In this document: positions 18,952 to 27,925 of the stretch, piece after piece | Position numbering within the stretch: the stretch's first letter is position 1 | How the letters are laid out: each line of letters opens with the position of its first letter | NCBI GenBank assembly: GCA_041752455.1 | Contig: JBGSWL010000140.1 | Location: 45,423 to 109,422, forward strand | Direction of reading: 5' to 3' | Source of the DNA: Roseitalea sp. | Lineage (GTDB): Bacteria > Pseudomonadota > Alphaproteobacteria > Rhizobiales > Rhizobiaceae | Length of the DNA stretch: 64,000 bases | Translations under genes and position numbers: made by a program | The notes under the pieces: generated by a model | What the model saw: only the letters and a program-made list of their open reading frames with translations | What the model was told of the DNA's origin: nothing | The model's database searches: none

Positions 18952-20226
18952 ATGACAGGATTGACCAGACGCCATTTTACTGCGCTGCTAGGGGCCGGGA
19001 CTGCAACCTTTGCATTGCCGACCCATCTTCGCGCGCAGAGCAAGCCCAAGGTCGTCGTTGTCGGCGGCGGGGCGGGCGGCGCGACTGCGGCGCGTTATAT
19101 CGCCAAGGACAGCGAAGGCGCGATCGATGTCACGCTGATCGATGCAAGCGAAACCTACACAACCTGCTTCTTCTCCAATCTTTATCTCGGCGGGTATCGC
19201 GACTTCGCATCGATCCAGCATTCCTATGACAAGTTGCAGTCCGACTACGGGATCACCAAAGTGACCGGCATGGCGATGGCTGTCGACAAGGCTGCCAAGA
19301 CCGTGACGATGGCCGATGGTGCGGTGATTGCCTATGACCGCCTTGTGATCGCGCCGGGCATCGACATCATCTATGACAGCGTTCCCGGCTACTCGCAGGA
19401 AGCGGCCGAAATTGCGCCCCACGCCTGGAAGGCTGGTCCGCAGACGCAGCTTCTGCACGACAAGCTGAATGCGCTCACCGATGGCCAGAATGTCATCATG
19501 ATCGCGCCGCCAAACCCGTATCGCTGCCCGCCCGGACCGTACGAGCGGGTGTCGATGATGGCGCATGTGCTGAAAGCCAAGGGCTTTGCCAACTCGAAGA
19601 TCATCATCATCGATCCGAAGGACAAGTTCTCCAAGCAGGGCCTGTTCGAAGAAGGCTGGGCCAAGCACTATCCCGGCATGGTGGAATGGTATGGTCCCGA
19701 TGTGCACGGCGGCATCAAGAGTGTCGATGTTGCGACCGGGACTGTCGAGACCGATCTCGATACCTTCACCGGCGGCTTGCTGAACATCATTCCGGCACAG
19801 CGCGCCGGACAGATCGCGGTTGCAGCCGGGCTGACCGATGACAAGGGCTTCTGCCCGATCGATCCTGAAACGATGCGCTCGACGATGGATGCCAACATCT
19901 TCGTCATCGGCGATGCGTCGATTGCGGGCGACATGCCGAAGTCGGGCTTCTCGGCCAACAGCCAGGCCAAGGTTGCGGCGATGAACATTCGCGCCGAACT
20001 GACCGGCTCGAAAGCCTTCCCGGCACGGTATTCCAACACCTGCTGGAGCCTCATCGAGACCGATGACGGCGTGAAGGTTGGCGGCCAGTACGAGCCGAAG
20101 GATGGCAAGATCACCTCGACCGCCAACTTCATCAGCCAGACCGGCGAAGATGGCGCGGTGCGCAAGGCCACCTACGAGGAATCCATCGGCTGGTATGCCG
20201 GCATCACAGCCGACATGTTCGGCTGA
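18952..20226 (+). CDS. soxF: Flavoprotein SoxF (flavocytochrome c sulfide dehydrogenase FccB-like)
   Basis: Tat signal (TRRHFTALL) and the FAD motif VVVVGGGAGGATAA, about 424 aa. Confidence 0.85.
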   Translation: MTGLTRRHFTALLGAGTATFALPTHLRAQSKPKVVVVGGGAGGATAARYIAKDSEGAIDVTLIDASETYTTCFFSNLYLGGYRDFASIQHSYDKLQSDYGITKVTGMAMAVDKAAKTVTMADGAVIAYDRLVIAPGIDIIYDSVPGYSQEAAEIAPHAWKAGPQTQLLHDKLNALTDGQNVIMIAPPNPYRCPPGPYERVSMMAHVLKAKGFANSKIIIIDPKDKFSKQGLFEEGWAKHYPGMVEWYGPDVHGGIKSVDVATGTVETDLDTFTGGLLNIIPAQRAGQIAVAAGLTDDKGFCPIDPETMRSTMDANIFVIGDASIAGDMPKSGFSANSQAKVAAMNIRAELTGSKAFPARYSNTCWSLIETDDGVKVGGQYEPKDGKITSTANFISQTGEDGAVRKATYEESIGWYAGITADMFG

Positions 20227-20234
20227 CTCCCGGC

Positions 20235-20263
20235 GGCCGGTCCGGATCATATCCGGGCCGGCC
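20235..20263 (+). terminator. Hairpin after soxF (13-bp stem, one G-U pair)
   Basis: GGCCGGTCCGGAT-cat-ATCCGGGCCGGCC, 9 nt after the soxF stop. The T tract is weak. Confidence 0.5.
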
Positions 20264-20278
20264 GTTCCAATTTGGCGA

Positions 20279-20336
20279 TTATCGATCAACTTATCGATGT
20301 CGCGGCACTTGATATATTCGCGATCGTCTATATATC
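20279..20336. promoter_or_regulatory. Repeat-rich AT island upstream of the PDO-like gene
   Basis: Direct repeat TTATCGAT at 20279 and 20291. Inverted repeat GATATAT-N12-ATATATC at 20311-20336. Confidence 0.35.
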
Positions 20337-20385
20337 TTCGGTCATGAGCGGCGGTGTTGACGCTGCCCCACCCAACAGACCGGAG

Positions 20386-21276
20386 ATGACGATGACCGCC
20401 TATCCCGTTGACATGACTGTCCACCCGCAGGTTCAGGCCTTCTTCGACCCTGCCACCAACACCATTTCCTATGTCGTGCGCGATCCGAAGTCGCAGTCCT
20501 GCGCTGTCATCGATCCTGTGATGGACATCGACTATGCAGCGGGGCGCATCACCTACAAATCAGCCGACGAGATTATTGCCTTCATCGAGAGCAATGACCT
20601 GACGCTCGAGTGGATCATCGAAACCCACGTGCACGCAGACCATCTGTCGGCGGCGCCGTACCTCCAGCAAAAGCTTGGCGGCAAGATCGGCATCGGCGAC
20701 AAGATCATGGTCGTGCAGGACACTTTCGGGAAGATTTTCAACGAAGGCACCGAATTCCAACGCGATGGCTCGCAGTTCGATGCGCTGTTTGAGGATGGCG
20801 ACACCTACATGATCGGGCAGATGCAGGCGATTGCGCTTTACACGCCTGGCCATACGCCGGCCTGCATGACGCATGTGATGGGCGATGCCGCGTTTGTCGG
20901 CGATACGCTGTTCATGCCTGACGGCGGTTCGGCACGCGCCGATTTCCCCGGCGGCGATGCAGGCACGCTGTATGATTCGATCCAGAAGGTTCTGGCGCTG
21001 CCGGACGACATGCGTTTGTTCATGTGCCACGACTATGGTCCGAACGGCCGCGACATCCAGTGGGAAACCACGGTCGGTTCGGAAAAGGCGCACAACATCC
21101 ATGTGGGTGGCGGCAAGACAAAGGACGATTTCATCGCCTTCCGCACCGCGCGCGATGCGACACTCGACATGCCCAAGCTGATCATTCCGTCGTTGCAGGT
21201 GAACATGCGCGCAGGCGAAATTCCGCGCGATGCCGATGGCCGACCGATGCTGAAGGTTCCCGTCAACGGCCTTTGA
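20386..21276 (+). CDS. Cytoplasmic MBL-fold protein, persulfide dioxygenase-like (proteobacterial type II PDO-like)
   Basis: No signal peptide. Has FFDPATNTISYVVRD...CAVIDPV and ETHVHADHLSAAPYL, which resemble my recollection of Pseudomonas/Cupriavidus PDO2 proteins. Confidence 0.65.
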   Translation: MTMTAYPVDMTVHPQVQAFFDPATNTISYVVRDPKSQSCAVIDPVMDIDYAAGRITYKSADEIIAFIESNDLTLEWIIETHVHADHLSAAPYLQQKLGGKIGIGDKIMVVQDTFGKIFNEGTEFQRDGSQFDALFEDGDTYMIGQMQAIALYTPGHTPACMTHVMGDAAFVGDTLFMPDGGSARADFPGGDAGTLYDSIQKVLALPDDMRLFMCHDYGPNGRDIQWETTVGSEKAHNIHVGGGKTKDDFIAFRTARDATLDMPKLIIPSLQVNMRAGEIPRDADGRPMLKVPVNGL

Positions 21277-21338
21277 CGTTGCAAAGGTCTGGCGGCATTG
21301 TCTGCCCGCCAGACCTCCCTCTTTTTTCGGAAACAATC

Positions 21339-21764
21339 ATGGATATCCGCAAGATCAATGACGCGATCAGCGTCAGCCCGCAAATTGCACCCGAGGACAT
21401 CGCAGTCCTTGCGGCGCTCGGCTTCAAAACGCTGATGGCCAATCGCCCGGACGGTGAAGATCCGGGCCAGCCGGACTTTGCCGAACTTGCGGCTCTGGCA
21501 ACGCGGCACGGCATGGCAGTCGTCCATGCGCCGATCGTTTCCGGTGCACCCGATCCGCAGGCGGTCGCGTTGTTTGCGCAAGCGCTGGATGAGGCGACCG
21601 GCCCGGTCTTTGCCTATTGCCGCAGCGGCACGCGTTCCGCGATGCTTTATGCGTTGGCGCGGCTTGAAAAAGGCGATGCGCCGGCCGCGATTTTTCCAGA
21701 TGTCCGTCAGGCGGGATACGCCTTTCCCGGACTTGAAATGATGCACGGATACCGCCCGCAATGA
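21339..21764 (+). CDS. DUF442/TIGR01244-type sulfurtransferase-like (phosphatase-fold) protein
   Basis: MDIRKINDAISVSPQI...ANRPDGE and a CRSGTRS active-site-like loop. The same domain is the N-terminal half of Blh-type PDO fusions. The long ORF from 21024 is an out-of-context extension. Confidence 0.65.
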   Translation: MDIRKINDAISVSPQIAPEDIAVLAALGFKTLMANRPDGEDPGQPDFAELAALATRHGMAVVHAPIVSGAPDPQAVALFAQALDEATGPVFAYCRSGTRSAMLYALARLEKGDAPAAIFPDVRQAGYAFPGLEMMHGYRPQ

Positions 21765-23572
21765 CCCTCAACCTTGGCGGCGCCGAGCCGATTGCGCGGT
21801 CCGCACTCGGCCTTGCGCGCCGCTACATGCCGATCCTGGACTGGGGCCGGCGCTACAACCGCGATACCCTGACCAACGATCTGGTGGCGGCGCTGATCGT
21901 GACGATCATGCTGATCCCGCAATCGCTGGCTTATGCGCTGCTCGCCGGCCTGCCGCCGGAAGCGGGCATCTATGCCTCGATCGTGCCGATCATGCTTTAT
22001 TCGCTGTTCGGCACGTCACGCGCGCTGGCGGTTGGCCCCGTCGCGGTCGTCTCGCTGATGACGGCGGCATCGATCGGCACCATCGTCGAGCAAGGCACCG
22101 CCGGCTATGCCGCTGCTGCGCTGACGCTGGCGTTTCTTTCCGGCACCATGCTTTTGGCCATGGGCTTTTTCCGGCTCGGCTTCATCGCCAACTTCCTGTC
22201 GCATCCGGTGATCGCAGGGTTCATCACCGCTTCGGGCGTCTTGATTGCCGCTAGCCAGATCCAGCACATCGCCGGGATCAAGTCCGGTGGCCACACCCTG
22301 CCGGAAATCCTCTACGGGCTCTGGAACGGTCTCGGCACGACCAGTTTCATCACGCTGGTGATCGGCGTCGCGGCGACAGCGTTTCTGTTCTGGGTGCGCA
22401 AGGGCATGAAGCCGATGCTCCGCCGCCTTGGCATGGCGGCAAAGCCTGCCGATTTCGTCACCAAAGCCGGGCCTGTCGCTGCCGTTGTGGCAACGACGCT
22501 GGTGGTTGCGCTGTTCAGCCTCGACCAGAGCGGCGTCGCGATCGTCGGCGCAGTGCCGCAAGCGCTGCCGCCCTTTACGTTCCCGCCGCTCGGACCGGCG
22601 CTGGTTGGCCAGTTGTTCGTGCCGGCCCTGCTGATCTCGGTCATCGGCTTTGTCGAATCCGTCTCCGTCGCGCAGACGCTGGCCGCCAAGAAGCGCCAGC
22701 GTATCGATCCGGACCAGGAACTGATCGGCCTTGGCGCAGCCAATATCGGCGCGGCCCTGACCGGCGGATATCCGGTGACCGGCGGTTTTGCGCGCTCGGT
22801 CGTCAACTTCGATGCCGGCGCTGAAACGCCAGCTGCCGGTGCCTTCACGGCCATCGGATTGGCCATCGCCGCTGTCGCCCTGACGCCGCTGATCTACTAT
22901 CTGCCGAAGGCAACGCTCGCCGCGACGATTATCGTCGCCGTGCTGTCGCTGGTCGATTTCTCGATCCTGAAAAAGACCTGGAACTATTCGAAGGCCGACT
23001 TCCTGGCAGTTGCGGCAACGATCCTGCTCACGCTCGGGGTCGGGGTTGAAGCCGGTGTCTCGGCGGGTGTCGGCTTGTCGCTGGTCTTGTTCCTCTACAA
23101 GACATCGCGGCCGCATATCGCCGAAGTCGGGCTGGTGCCGGGCACTCACCACTTCCGCAATGTGACGCGCCATACGGTGATCACCGACCCGACTCTGCTG
23201 TCGATCCGCATCGATGAGAGCCTCTATTTTGCCAATTCGCGCTATCTGGAAGACTATTTGCTCGCGCGGGTGGCGGGCGACAAGGCGCTGAAGCACGTGG
23301 TGCTGATGTGCTCTGCGGTCAACGAGATCGACATGAGCGCGCTGGAAACACTTGAAGCGCTGAACACGCGGCTCAAGGATTCCGGTGTCACGCTGCATCT
23401 TTCCGAGGTCAAGGGCCCGGTGATGGACCGGTTGAAACGCACGCATTTTCTGCACGAGCTGACCGGGCAGGTGTTCCTGTCGCAATACGATGCGGTGCAT
23501 GCGCTGACGCCGGATGTCACCGCACGGCGGGATCGCACGCGCGCCGACGATGGCGCCCGCGCGGGAGAGTAG
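21761..23572 (+). CDS. SulP family anion transporter with C-terminal STAS domain
   Basis: The SulP signature region (LIVTIMLIPQSLAYALLAGLPP), many TM helices and a STAS-like tail. The start overlaps the upstream stop. Confidence 0.85.
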   Translation: MTLNLGGAEPIARSALGLARRYMPILDWGRRYNRDTLTNDLVAALIVTIMLIPQSLAYALLAGLPPEAGIYASIVPIMLYSLFGTSRALAVGPVAVVSLMTAASIGTIVEQGTAGYAAAALTLAFLSGTMLLAMGFFRLGFIANFLSHPVIAGFITASGVLIAASQIQHIAGIKSGGHTLPEILYGLWNGLGTTSFITLVIGVAATAFLFWVRKGMKPMLRRLGMAAKPADFVTKAGPVAAVVATTLVVALFSLDQSGVAIVGAVPQALPPFTFPPLGPALVGQLFVPALLISVIGFVESVSVAQTLAAKKRQRIDPDQELIGLGAANIGAALTGGYPVTGGFARSVVNFDAGAETPAAGAFTAIGLAIAAVALTPLIYYLPKATLAATIIVAVLSLVDFSILKKTWNYSKADFLAVAATILLTLGVGVEAGVSAGVGLSLVLFLYKTSRPHIAEVGLVPGTHHFRNVTRHTVITDPTLLSIRIDESLYFANSRYLEDYLLARVAGDKALKHVVLMCSAVNEIDMSALETLEALNTRLKDSGVTLHLSEVKGPVMDRLKRTHFLHELTGQVFLSQYDAVHALTPDVTARRDRTRADDGARAGE

Positions 23573-23649
23573 CGCTTCCGGCACCTCTCGCTTTTCACCG
23601 GTCGGCGCTTTAAGTCTCGGCGCAAACGCGTGGCGGGAGATCAGGCACC

Positions 23650-24852
23650 ATGACGACAGCAACCGATTTTTCGCGCACGCGCGGGCAGTTCCATCTGCCT
23701 GACGGCGTTACCTATCTTGATGGCAACTCGCTCGGGCCGATGCCGCACGGTGCGATGGCCGCTGCAACCCGTGCCATCGAGGGCGAATGGGCGCAGATGC
23801 TGATCGGCGGCTGGAACAAGGCCGGATGGATGGCGATGCCGGAGCGGCTCGGCAACCGGATCGGCCGGCTGATCGGCGCGCCGGAGGGAACCGTCGTCGT
23901 CGGCGACACCCTGTCGCTGAAGGTCTACCAGGTGCTCGCGAGCGCGCTGGCGCTGCGACCGGATCGCCGGGTGGTGCTGTCTGACACCGGCAATTTCCCG
24001 ACCGATCTCTACATGGCTGACGGCCTCATCAAGATGCTTGGCGATGGTTACGAACTCGAGCTTGTGGCCCCGGAAGACGTGGCCGATGCCATCGGCGAAC
24101 GTCATGGCGCGGTGATGCTGACGCATGTCGATTATCGCACCGGGCGGATGCACGACATGGCGGCGATCACCCGCAAGGCCCATGCGGCAGGCGCCGTCAT
24201 GGTCTGGGATCTCGCCCACTCGGCCGGTGCCGTGCCGGTCGATCTTGCTGCCTGCGGAGCCGAGTTTGCGGCCGGCTGCACTTACAAGTATCTGAACGGC
24301 GGCCCTGGTTCCCCGGCCTTTGCCTATTGCCGCGCCGACCTTTGCGATGATGCGTCGATCGCGTTGCAGGGCTGGCTTGGCCATGCGGCACCGTTTGCCT
24401 TCGACCCTCACTACAGGCCGGCGCAGGGCATTGCCCGGCTGCGGATCGGTACACCGCCGGTGATCCAGATGGCGGTGCTCGATGCGGCGCTTGATGTCTG
24501 GGACAGTGTCTCGATGAAAGACATCCGCGCCCGGTCGTTATTCCTGACCGACCGGTTCATCGCAGCGGTCGAGGCCAAGTGCCCGGACCTTCAGCTCGTC
24601 ACGCCGCGTGACCATGCCAGCCGCGGGTCGCAGGTCTCGCTTTCACACGAAGACGGCTATGCGATCATGCAGGCGCTGATTGCCGAAGGCATCATCGGCG
24701 ATTTCCGTGCGCCGGACATTTTGCGCTTCGGGTTCTGCCCGCTCTACAACACCGACGCCGATGTGGACCGGGCAGTTGATGTCCTTGCGCAGGTGCTGGC
24801 TGAAAAACGCCATGAACAACCGCGGTTCCGTGTTCGCCATGCGGTGACCTGA
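23650..24852 (+). CDS. kynU: Kynureninase
   Basis: Typical N-terminus (FHLPDGVTYLDGNSLGP) and the PLP-Lys region (CTYKYLNGGPG), about 400 aa. Confidence 0.85.
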   Translation: MTTATDFSRTRGQFHLPDGVTYLDGNSLGPMPHGAMAAATRAIEGEWAQMLIGGWNKAGWMAMPERLGNRIGRLIGAPEGTVVVGDTLSLKVYQVLASALALRPDRRVVLSDTGNFPTDLYMADGLIKMLGDGYELELVAPEDVADAIGERHGAVMLTHVDYRTGRMHDMAAITRKAHAAGAVMVWDLAHSAGAVPVDLAACGAEFAAGCTYKYLNGGPGSPAFAYCRADLCDDASIALQGWLGHAAPFAFDPHYRPAQGIARLRIGTPPVIQMAVLDAALDVWDSVSMKDIRARSLFLTDRFIAAVEAKCPDLQLVTPRDHASRGSQVSLSHEDGYAIMQALIAEGIIGDFRAPDILRFGFCPLYNTDADVDRAVDVLAQVLAEKRHEQPRFRVRHAVT

Positions 24853-24864
24853 GGATCGGAATAA

Positions 24865-24897
24865 GCCTGCCGCGGCGAGGGGGTAGCCGCGGCAGGC
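24865..24897. terminator. Perfect 12-bp GC hairpin between convergent kynU and the S8 protease gene
   Basis: GCCTGCCGCGGC, a 9-nt loop, then GCCGCGGCAGGC. The weak T tract makes efficiency uncertain. Confidence 0.5.
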
Positions 24898-24980
24898 CGT
24901 CCGGTTTGGCCCGGCAATCCATGCGACGGGGGTCAGATGTGACGGGCGCCCGGCATGTGCTCAACGCGTGGCGCCGCGCC

Positions 24981-26420
24981 TTATTCCCCGGAAACGGCAA
25001 AGACAGCGCTGGCGTCGCAAATGGCTGCGACCTTGATCAGCCCGTGGCCGAAAATGTCGTCGCGGCCGGCCTCGCCAAGGTCCTCGCTCAAGTCGGCCAG
25101 CCGCTTGGCAATCGCTTCCGGCGTGCTGTCCGGCTCGAGCGAGCGAAGAAGCCCCGCTGCTGCGGCAACGAATGGCGCAGCAAAGGAGGTGCCGGTCTTC
25201 GTACGGGCCCCGCGGATTGAAGCTGCTGCCCAGACATCGACCCCCGGCGCGGCAAAATCGATATGGCCGCCGCGTACGGCTCTGCGATAGGGATTGAGGG
25301 CGCGATCGACGCCGGTTACCGCGATCACGTCATCGTAGGCAGCCGGATAGAGCGGTTCTGACGCAGGCCCGGCGTTCCCGGCGGCGGCGACAACCACGGT
25401 CCTTGTCGAGATGATCTGCCCGATCAGGGATTCGAGGACTGCATTGTCCGGGCCTGCCAGCGACAGGTTGATGACATCGACCCCGGCTTTTGCCACCGCA
25501 TCTATGGCCAGGACGAGACTGTAGACATCGGTGCGTTCGTCACCGTTGACCGTTTCGAACGGATCGGCGGCGGTCACACTGGCCCAGGGCAAGAGGCCCG
25601 GCGTGCGGGAGGATGGCGATCCGACAAGAAGCGCCGCAACTGCGGTTCCGTGCTGGCGATCGGACGGCGCGGCAAGCCCGGACCTGTCATTTTGCACGAA
25701 CTGAAGGTCTGCATCGACCAATGCCTCATGCGCCGCATTGATGCCGGTATCGACCAGCCCGATGCGGATCGGGCGCTTGCACGCAGCCGGCAGGGCATTC
25801 GGCTCCGGCCAACCGATCAGTGAACGGTCCGCGCAGTGGTTCCCGGTGCAGGCGGTGCCCTCCGGGGCCGCGCCCGGACGGTAATAGTGGTTGAAATCGG
25901 CGGCAGCAGCCGGATTGGCGGCGCGCACGGCAGCGCGTGCGTCTTCGAGGTTGGTTCCTTGCGGAACACCAAGCCGGATGACCGATACGGAGCCGGCAGA
26001 CAGGGCGCTTCGGCTGAGAACCGTGTAGCCGTTGCCTTGAAGTGCGGAAAGTTGATCGTCTGCAAGGCCGATCGCAATGACCTGCGCCGGGGCCTGTACC
26101 GGCCGGATCACGGGCGCTGGCTGTCGCGCGGCTGTCGGCGCGGGGCGTCTTGCACCCTGCTGTTCCGCTTTCGGTTTTGGAGCGGACTGAAGCTGGCGGG
26201 GGGAAGGGCCCGACGAGATGCTTCCGCTTCCAACACTCGTCGCGGCGCCGTCATCATCGTCATCAACATCATCATCGTCATCGCCGTCATCATCATCGCC
26301 GCCGTCGTCATAATCATCCGCATGGGCAATCGCACCGTCAAAGCCGGGTAGTGAAACCGGTACCGTCACGACGGCGGCAACGAGCGTGGCGGCGAGGATA
26401 GTCTGGATGATGTTTTTCAT
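24981..26420 (-). CDS. Secreted S8 (subtilisin-like) serine peptidase with an N-terminal poly-Asp tract and propeptide-like region
   Basis: Signal peptide ending AHA. Triad contexts are LVDTGI (Asp), HGTAVA (His) and GTSFAAP (Ser). AGGAGAG SD precedes ATG 26420. Confidence 0.85.
   Translation of the reverse strand: MKNIIQTILAATLVAAVVTVPVSLPGFDGAIAHADDYDDGGDDDDGDDDDDVDDDDDGAATSVGSGSISSGPSPRQLQSAPKPKAEQQGARRPAPTAARQPAPVIRPVQAPAQVIAIGLADDQLSALQGNGYTVLSRSALSAGSVSVIRLGVPQGTNLEDARAAVRAANPAAAADFNHYYRPGAAPEGTACTGNHCADRSLIGWPEPNALPAACKRPIRIGLVDTGINAAHEALVDADLQFVQNDRSGLAAPSDRQHGTAVAALLVGSPSSRTPGLLPWASVTAADPFETVNGDERTDVYSLVLAIDAVAKAGVDVINLSLAGPDNAVLESLIGQIISTRTVVVAAAGNAGPASEPLYPAAYDDVIAVTGVDRALNPYRRAVRGGHIDFAAPGVDVWAAASIRGARTKTGTSFAAPFVAAAAGLLRSLEPDSTPEAIAKRLADLSEDLGEAGRDDIFGHGLIKVAAICDASAVFAVSGE
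26247..26318 (-). repeat. Low-complexity GAT/GAC tract encoding DDYDDGGDDDDGDDDDDVDDDDDG
   Basis: Read directly from the S8 protease translation, immediately after the predicted signal-peptide cleavage site. Confidence 0.9.
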
Positions 26421-26510
26421 GGGGCCGGCTCTCCTGCCTTGGAAAATGGGTTGGCTCCGCCAGATGTCCACTACGGGACATGCTGACATCGAAAAATCTG
26501 ATGGCGGCAC

Positions 26511-26541
26511 GGAATAAACGCTTGGGCGGGCGCGTTATTCC
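26511..26541. promoter_or_regulatory. Palindromic element containing ECF-type promoter motifs in both directions
   Basis: Sequence is GGAATAAACG-N12-CGTTATTCC. On the + strand it reads GGAATA-N16-CGTT, 43 nt before the sigma gene ATG. On the - strand it reads GGAATA-N15-CGTT, facing the S8 protease gene. Confidence 0.5.
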
Positions 26542-26578
26542 ATCATGACGGATCAAATGGCGCTGAGGGGGCGTCCTG

Positions 26579-27073
26579 ATGACTGACGACAGTTTTGCCG
26601 ATGCCGTTGTCGCGCAATTGGCGGCAATGCGTCGTTACGGATTGATGCTGTGCCGCTCGCCGGACCTCGCTGACGATCTTGTCCAGATCGCCTGCGAGAA
26701 AGCGTTTGCCAACCGCGGATCGTTCGACCCCGCGACCAATATGCGGGCCTGGCTGTTCCGGATATTGCGGAACAGTTTCATCGACTCAACGCGTCGCGGA
26801 CGGCCGCTCAAGGATGCGGTCGATATCGATGAGCAACCCGACCTGTTGTCGGTCGATGGCGTGCGCCTGCAGGAAAACCGCATGTTGGTGGCGGAGGTTT
26901 GCGATGCACTTGCCAGTCTGCCGCCGGCACAGCAGGAAATCCTGATTCTGACCTGCGTCGATGAATTGACCTATCGCGAGGCAGCGGACCTGCTCGAAAT
27001 TCCGATCGGAACGGTGATGAGCCGGTTGGCACGGGCGCGGATCGCCCTTGGCGAGCAGCTTGGAATAAACTGA
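26579..27073 (+). CDS. ECF-type RNA polymerase sigma-70 family factor
   Basis: Sigma-2 region (DLVQIACEKAF...WLFRILRNSFID) and sigma-4 region (LTYREAADLLEIPIGTVMSRLARAR), about 164 aa. Confidence 0.9.
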   Translation: MTDDSFADAVVAQLAAMRRYGLMLCRSPDLADDLVQIACEKAFANRGSFDPATNMRAWLFRILRNSFIDSTRRGRPLKDAVDIDEQPDLLSVDGVRLQENRMLVAEVCDALASLPPAQQEILILTCVDELTYREAADLLEIPIGTVMSRLARARIALGEQLGIN

Positions 27074-27112
27074 CCATGGCAGCGTTTCCATGACGACAAT
27101 GGAGCTTGGATC

Positions 27113-27901
27113 ATGACACAGACCCACACACCCGGCGGGTTCGATGACGAAACGCTGATGGCGTATGCCGACGGGCTGCTTTCGTCCGTGCGCGCGACCG
27201 AAATCGAGACTGCCGCCGCTAGTGATGCCAGTCTGCGCAAACGGATCGACGTGTTTGTCGAAACCCGCCGCAGGCTTGCCGCAGCGTTTGGCGCCGCCGA
27301 TCCGACACCTATGCCCGACGGGTTTGAAGCGCGCATCCGGGCGCTGGCGGCACCCGCTTCGGCACGCAGGGAGACTGAGGCCGTTGTCGATCTTGCTGCG
27401 GCGAGGGCCGGCCGTGCGCAGGAGTCGGTACGCAAGGGCGCTCCCTGGTTTGTCGTGCCGTTGGCGGCGTCACTGGCGCTGGTTGCCGGCGGTTTGCTCG
27501 GCCGCCTGACGGCTGTGCCCGTTCAAGGCAATCCCGTGTCGCCATTGGCGACCCTTGCCAGCGCCGATGTGTCGGTCGCGCTGTCTTCGGTTCCGGCTGG
27601 CGAGCGCATCAAACTGACGGGCGGCGACCAGTTTCAGGTGGTCTCGACCTTCCGCGATGGTGCAGGTTCGCTTTGTCGGGAATTCGAGATCGATACGGCT
27701 ACCGGGGCTGCAACGGTCGCCGTCGCCTGTCGGGCAGATGCCGTCTGGGCTGTCCAGTTTGCCGCAGCGTCTGCTACCGGCACCGACGGTTATGCGCCGG
27801 CGTCCTCGATGGAGGCGCTGGACGCATGGCTTGCGGCGACCGGGGCCGGTGCACCTCTGGACGCTGCGGCGGAAAAGACCGCCTTGCAGCAACGGCCCTG
27901 A
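27113..27901 (+). CDS. Membrane-spanning anti-sigma factor (no zinc-binding HxxxCxxC motif)
   Basis: N-terminal anti-sigma helix pattern (DDETLMAYADGLL), a single TM helix (WFVVPLAASLALVAGGLLG) and a periplasmic C-domain. It lies directly downstream of the ECF sigma gene. Confidence 0.75.
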   Translation: MTQTHTPGGFDDETLMAYADGLLSSVRATEIETAAASDASLRKRIDVFVETRRRLAAAFGAADPTPMPDGFEARIRALAAPASARRETEAVVDLAAARAGRAQESVRKGAPWFVVPLAASLALVAGGLLGRLTAVPVQGNPVSPLATLASADVSVALSSVPAGERIKLTGGDQFQVVSTFRDGAGSLCREFEIDTATGAATVAVACRADAVWAVQFAAASATGTDGYAPASSMEALDAWLAATGAGAPLDAAAEKTALQQRP

Positions 27902-27925
27902 CATGTTCGCGAAAGGACATCGGAG

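Noticed and set aside
21024-21338. N-terminal extensions of ORF-track entries: 21024 for the DUF442 gene, 39991 for the 3HB6H gene, 58047 for boxR, 61287 for paaA, 52718 for the DUF309-like gene, 4198 for pcaD and 7789..9024 for soxT.
   Set aside because: The extensions overlap the 3' ends of upstream genes in another frame and encode Arg/Pro-rich sequence. Internal starts with an SD give proteins of canonical length and N-termini.
22016-23662. A 548-aa ORF antisense to the SulP transporter gene.
   Set aside because: Arg/Asp/Gln-rich low-information translation, entirely shadowing a well-supported SulP/STAS gene.
25836-26351. Plus-strand ORFs across the poly-Asp tract (IIIVIAVIII and HHHRHRRHHH-type translations).
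   Set aside because: They are reverse or shifted readings of the GAT/GAC run inside the S8 protease gene, with no independent support.
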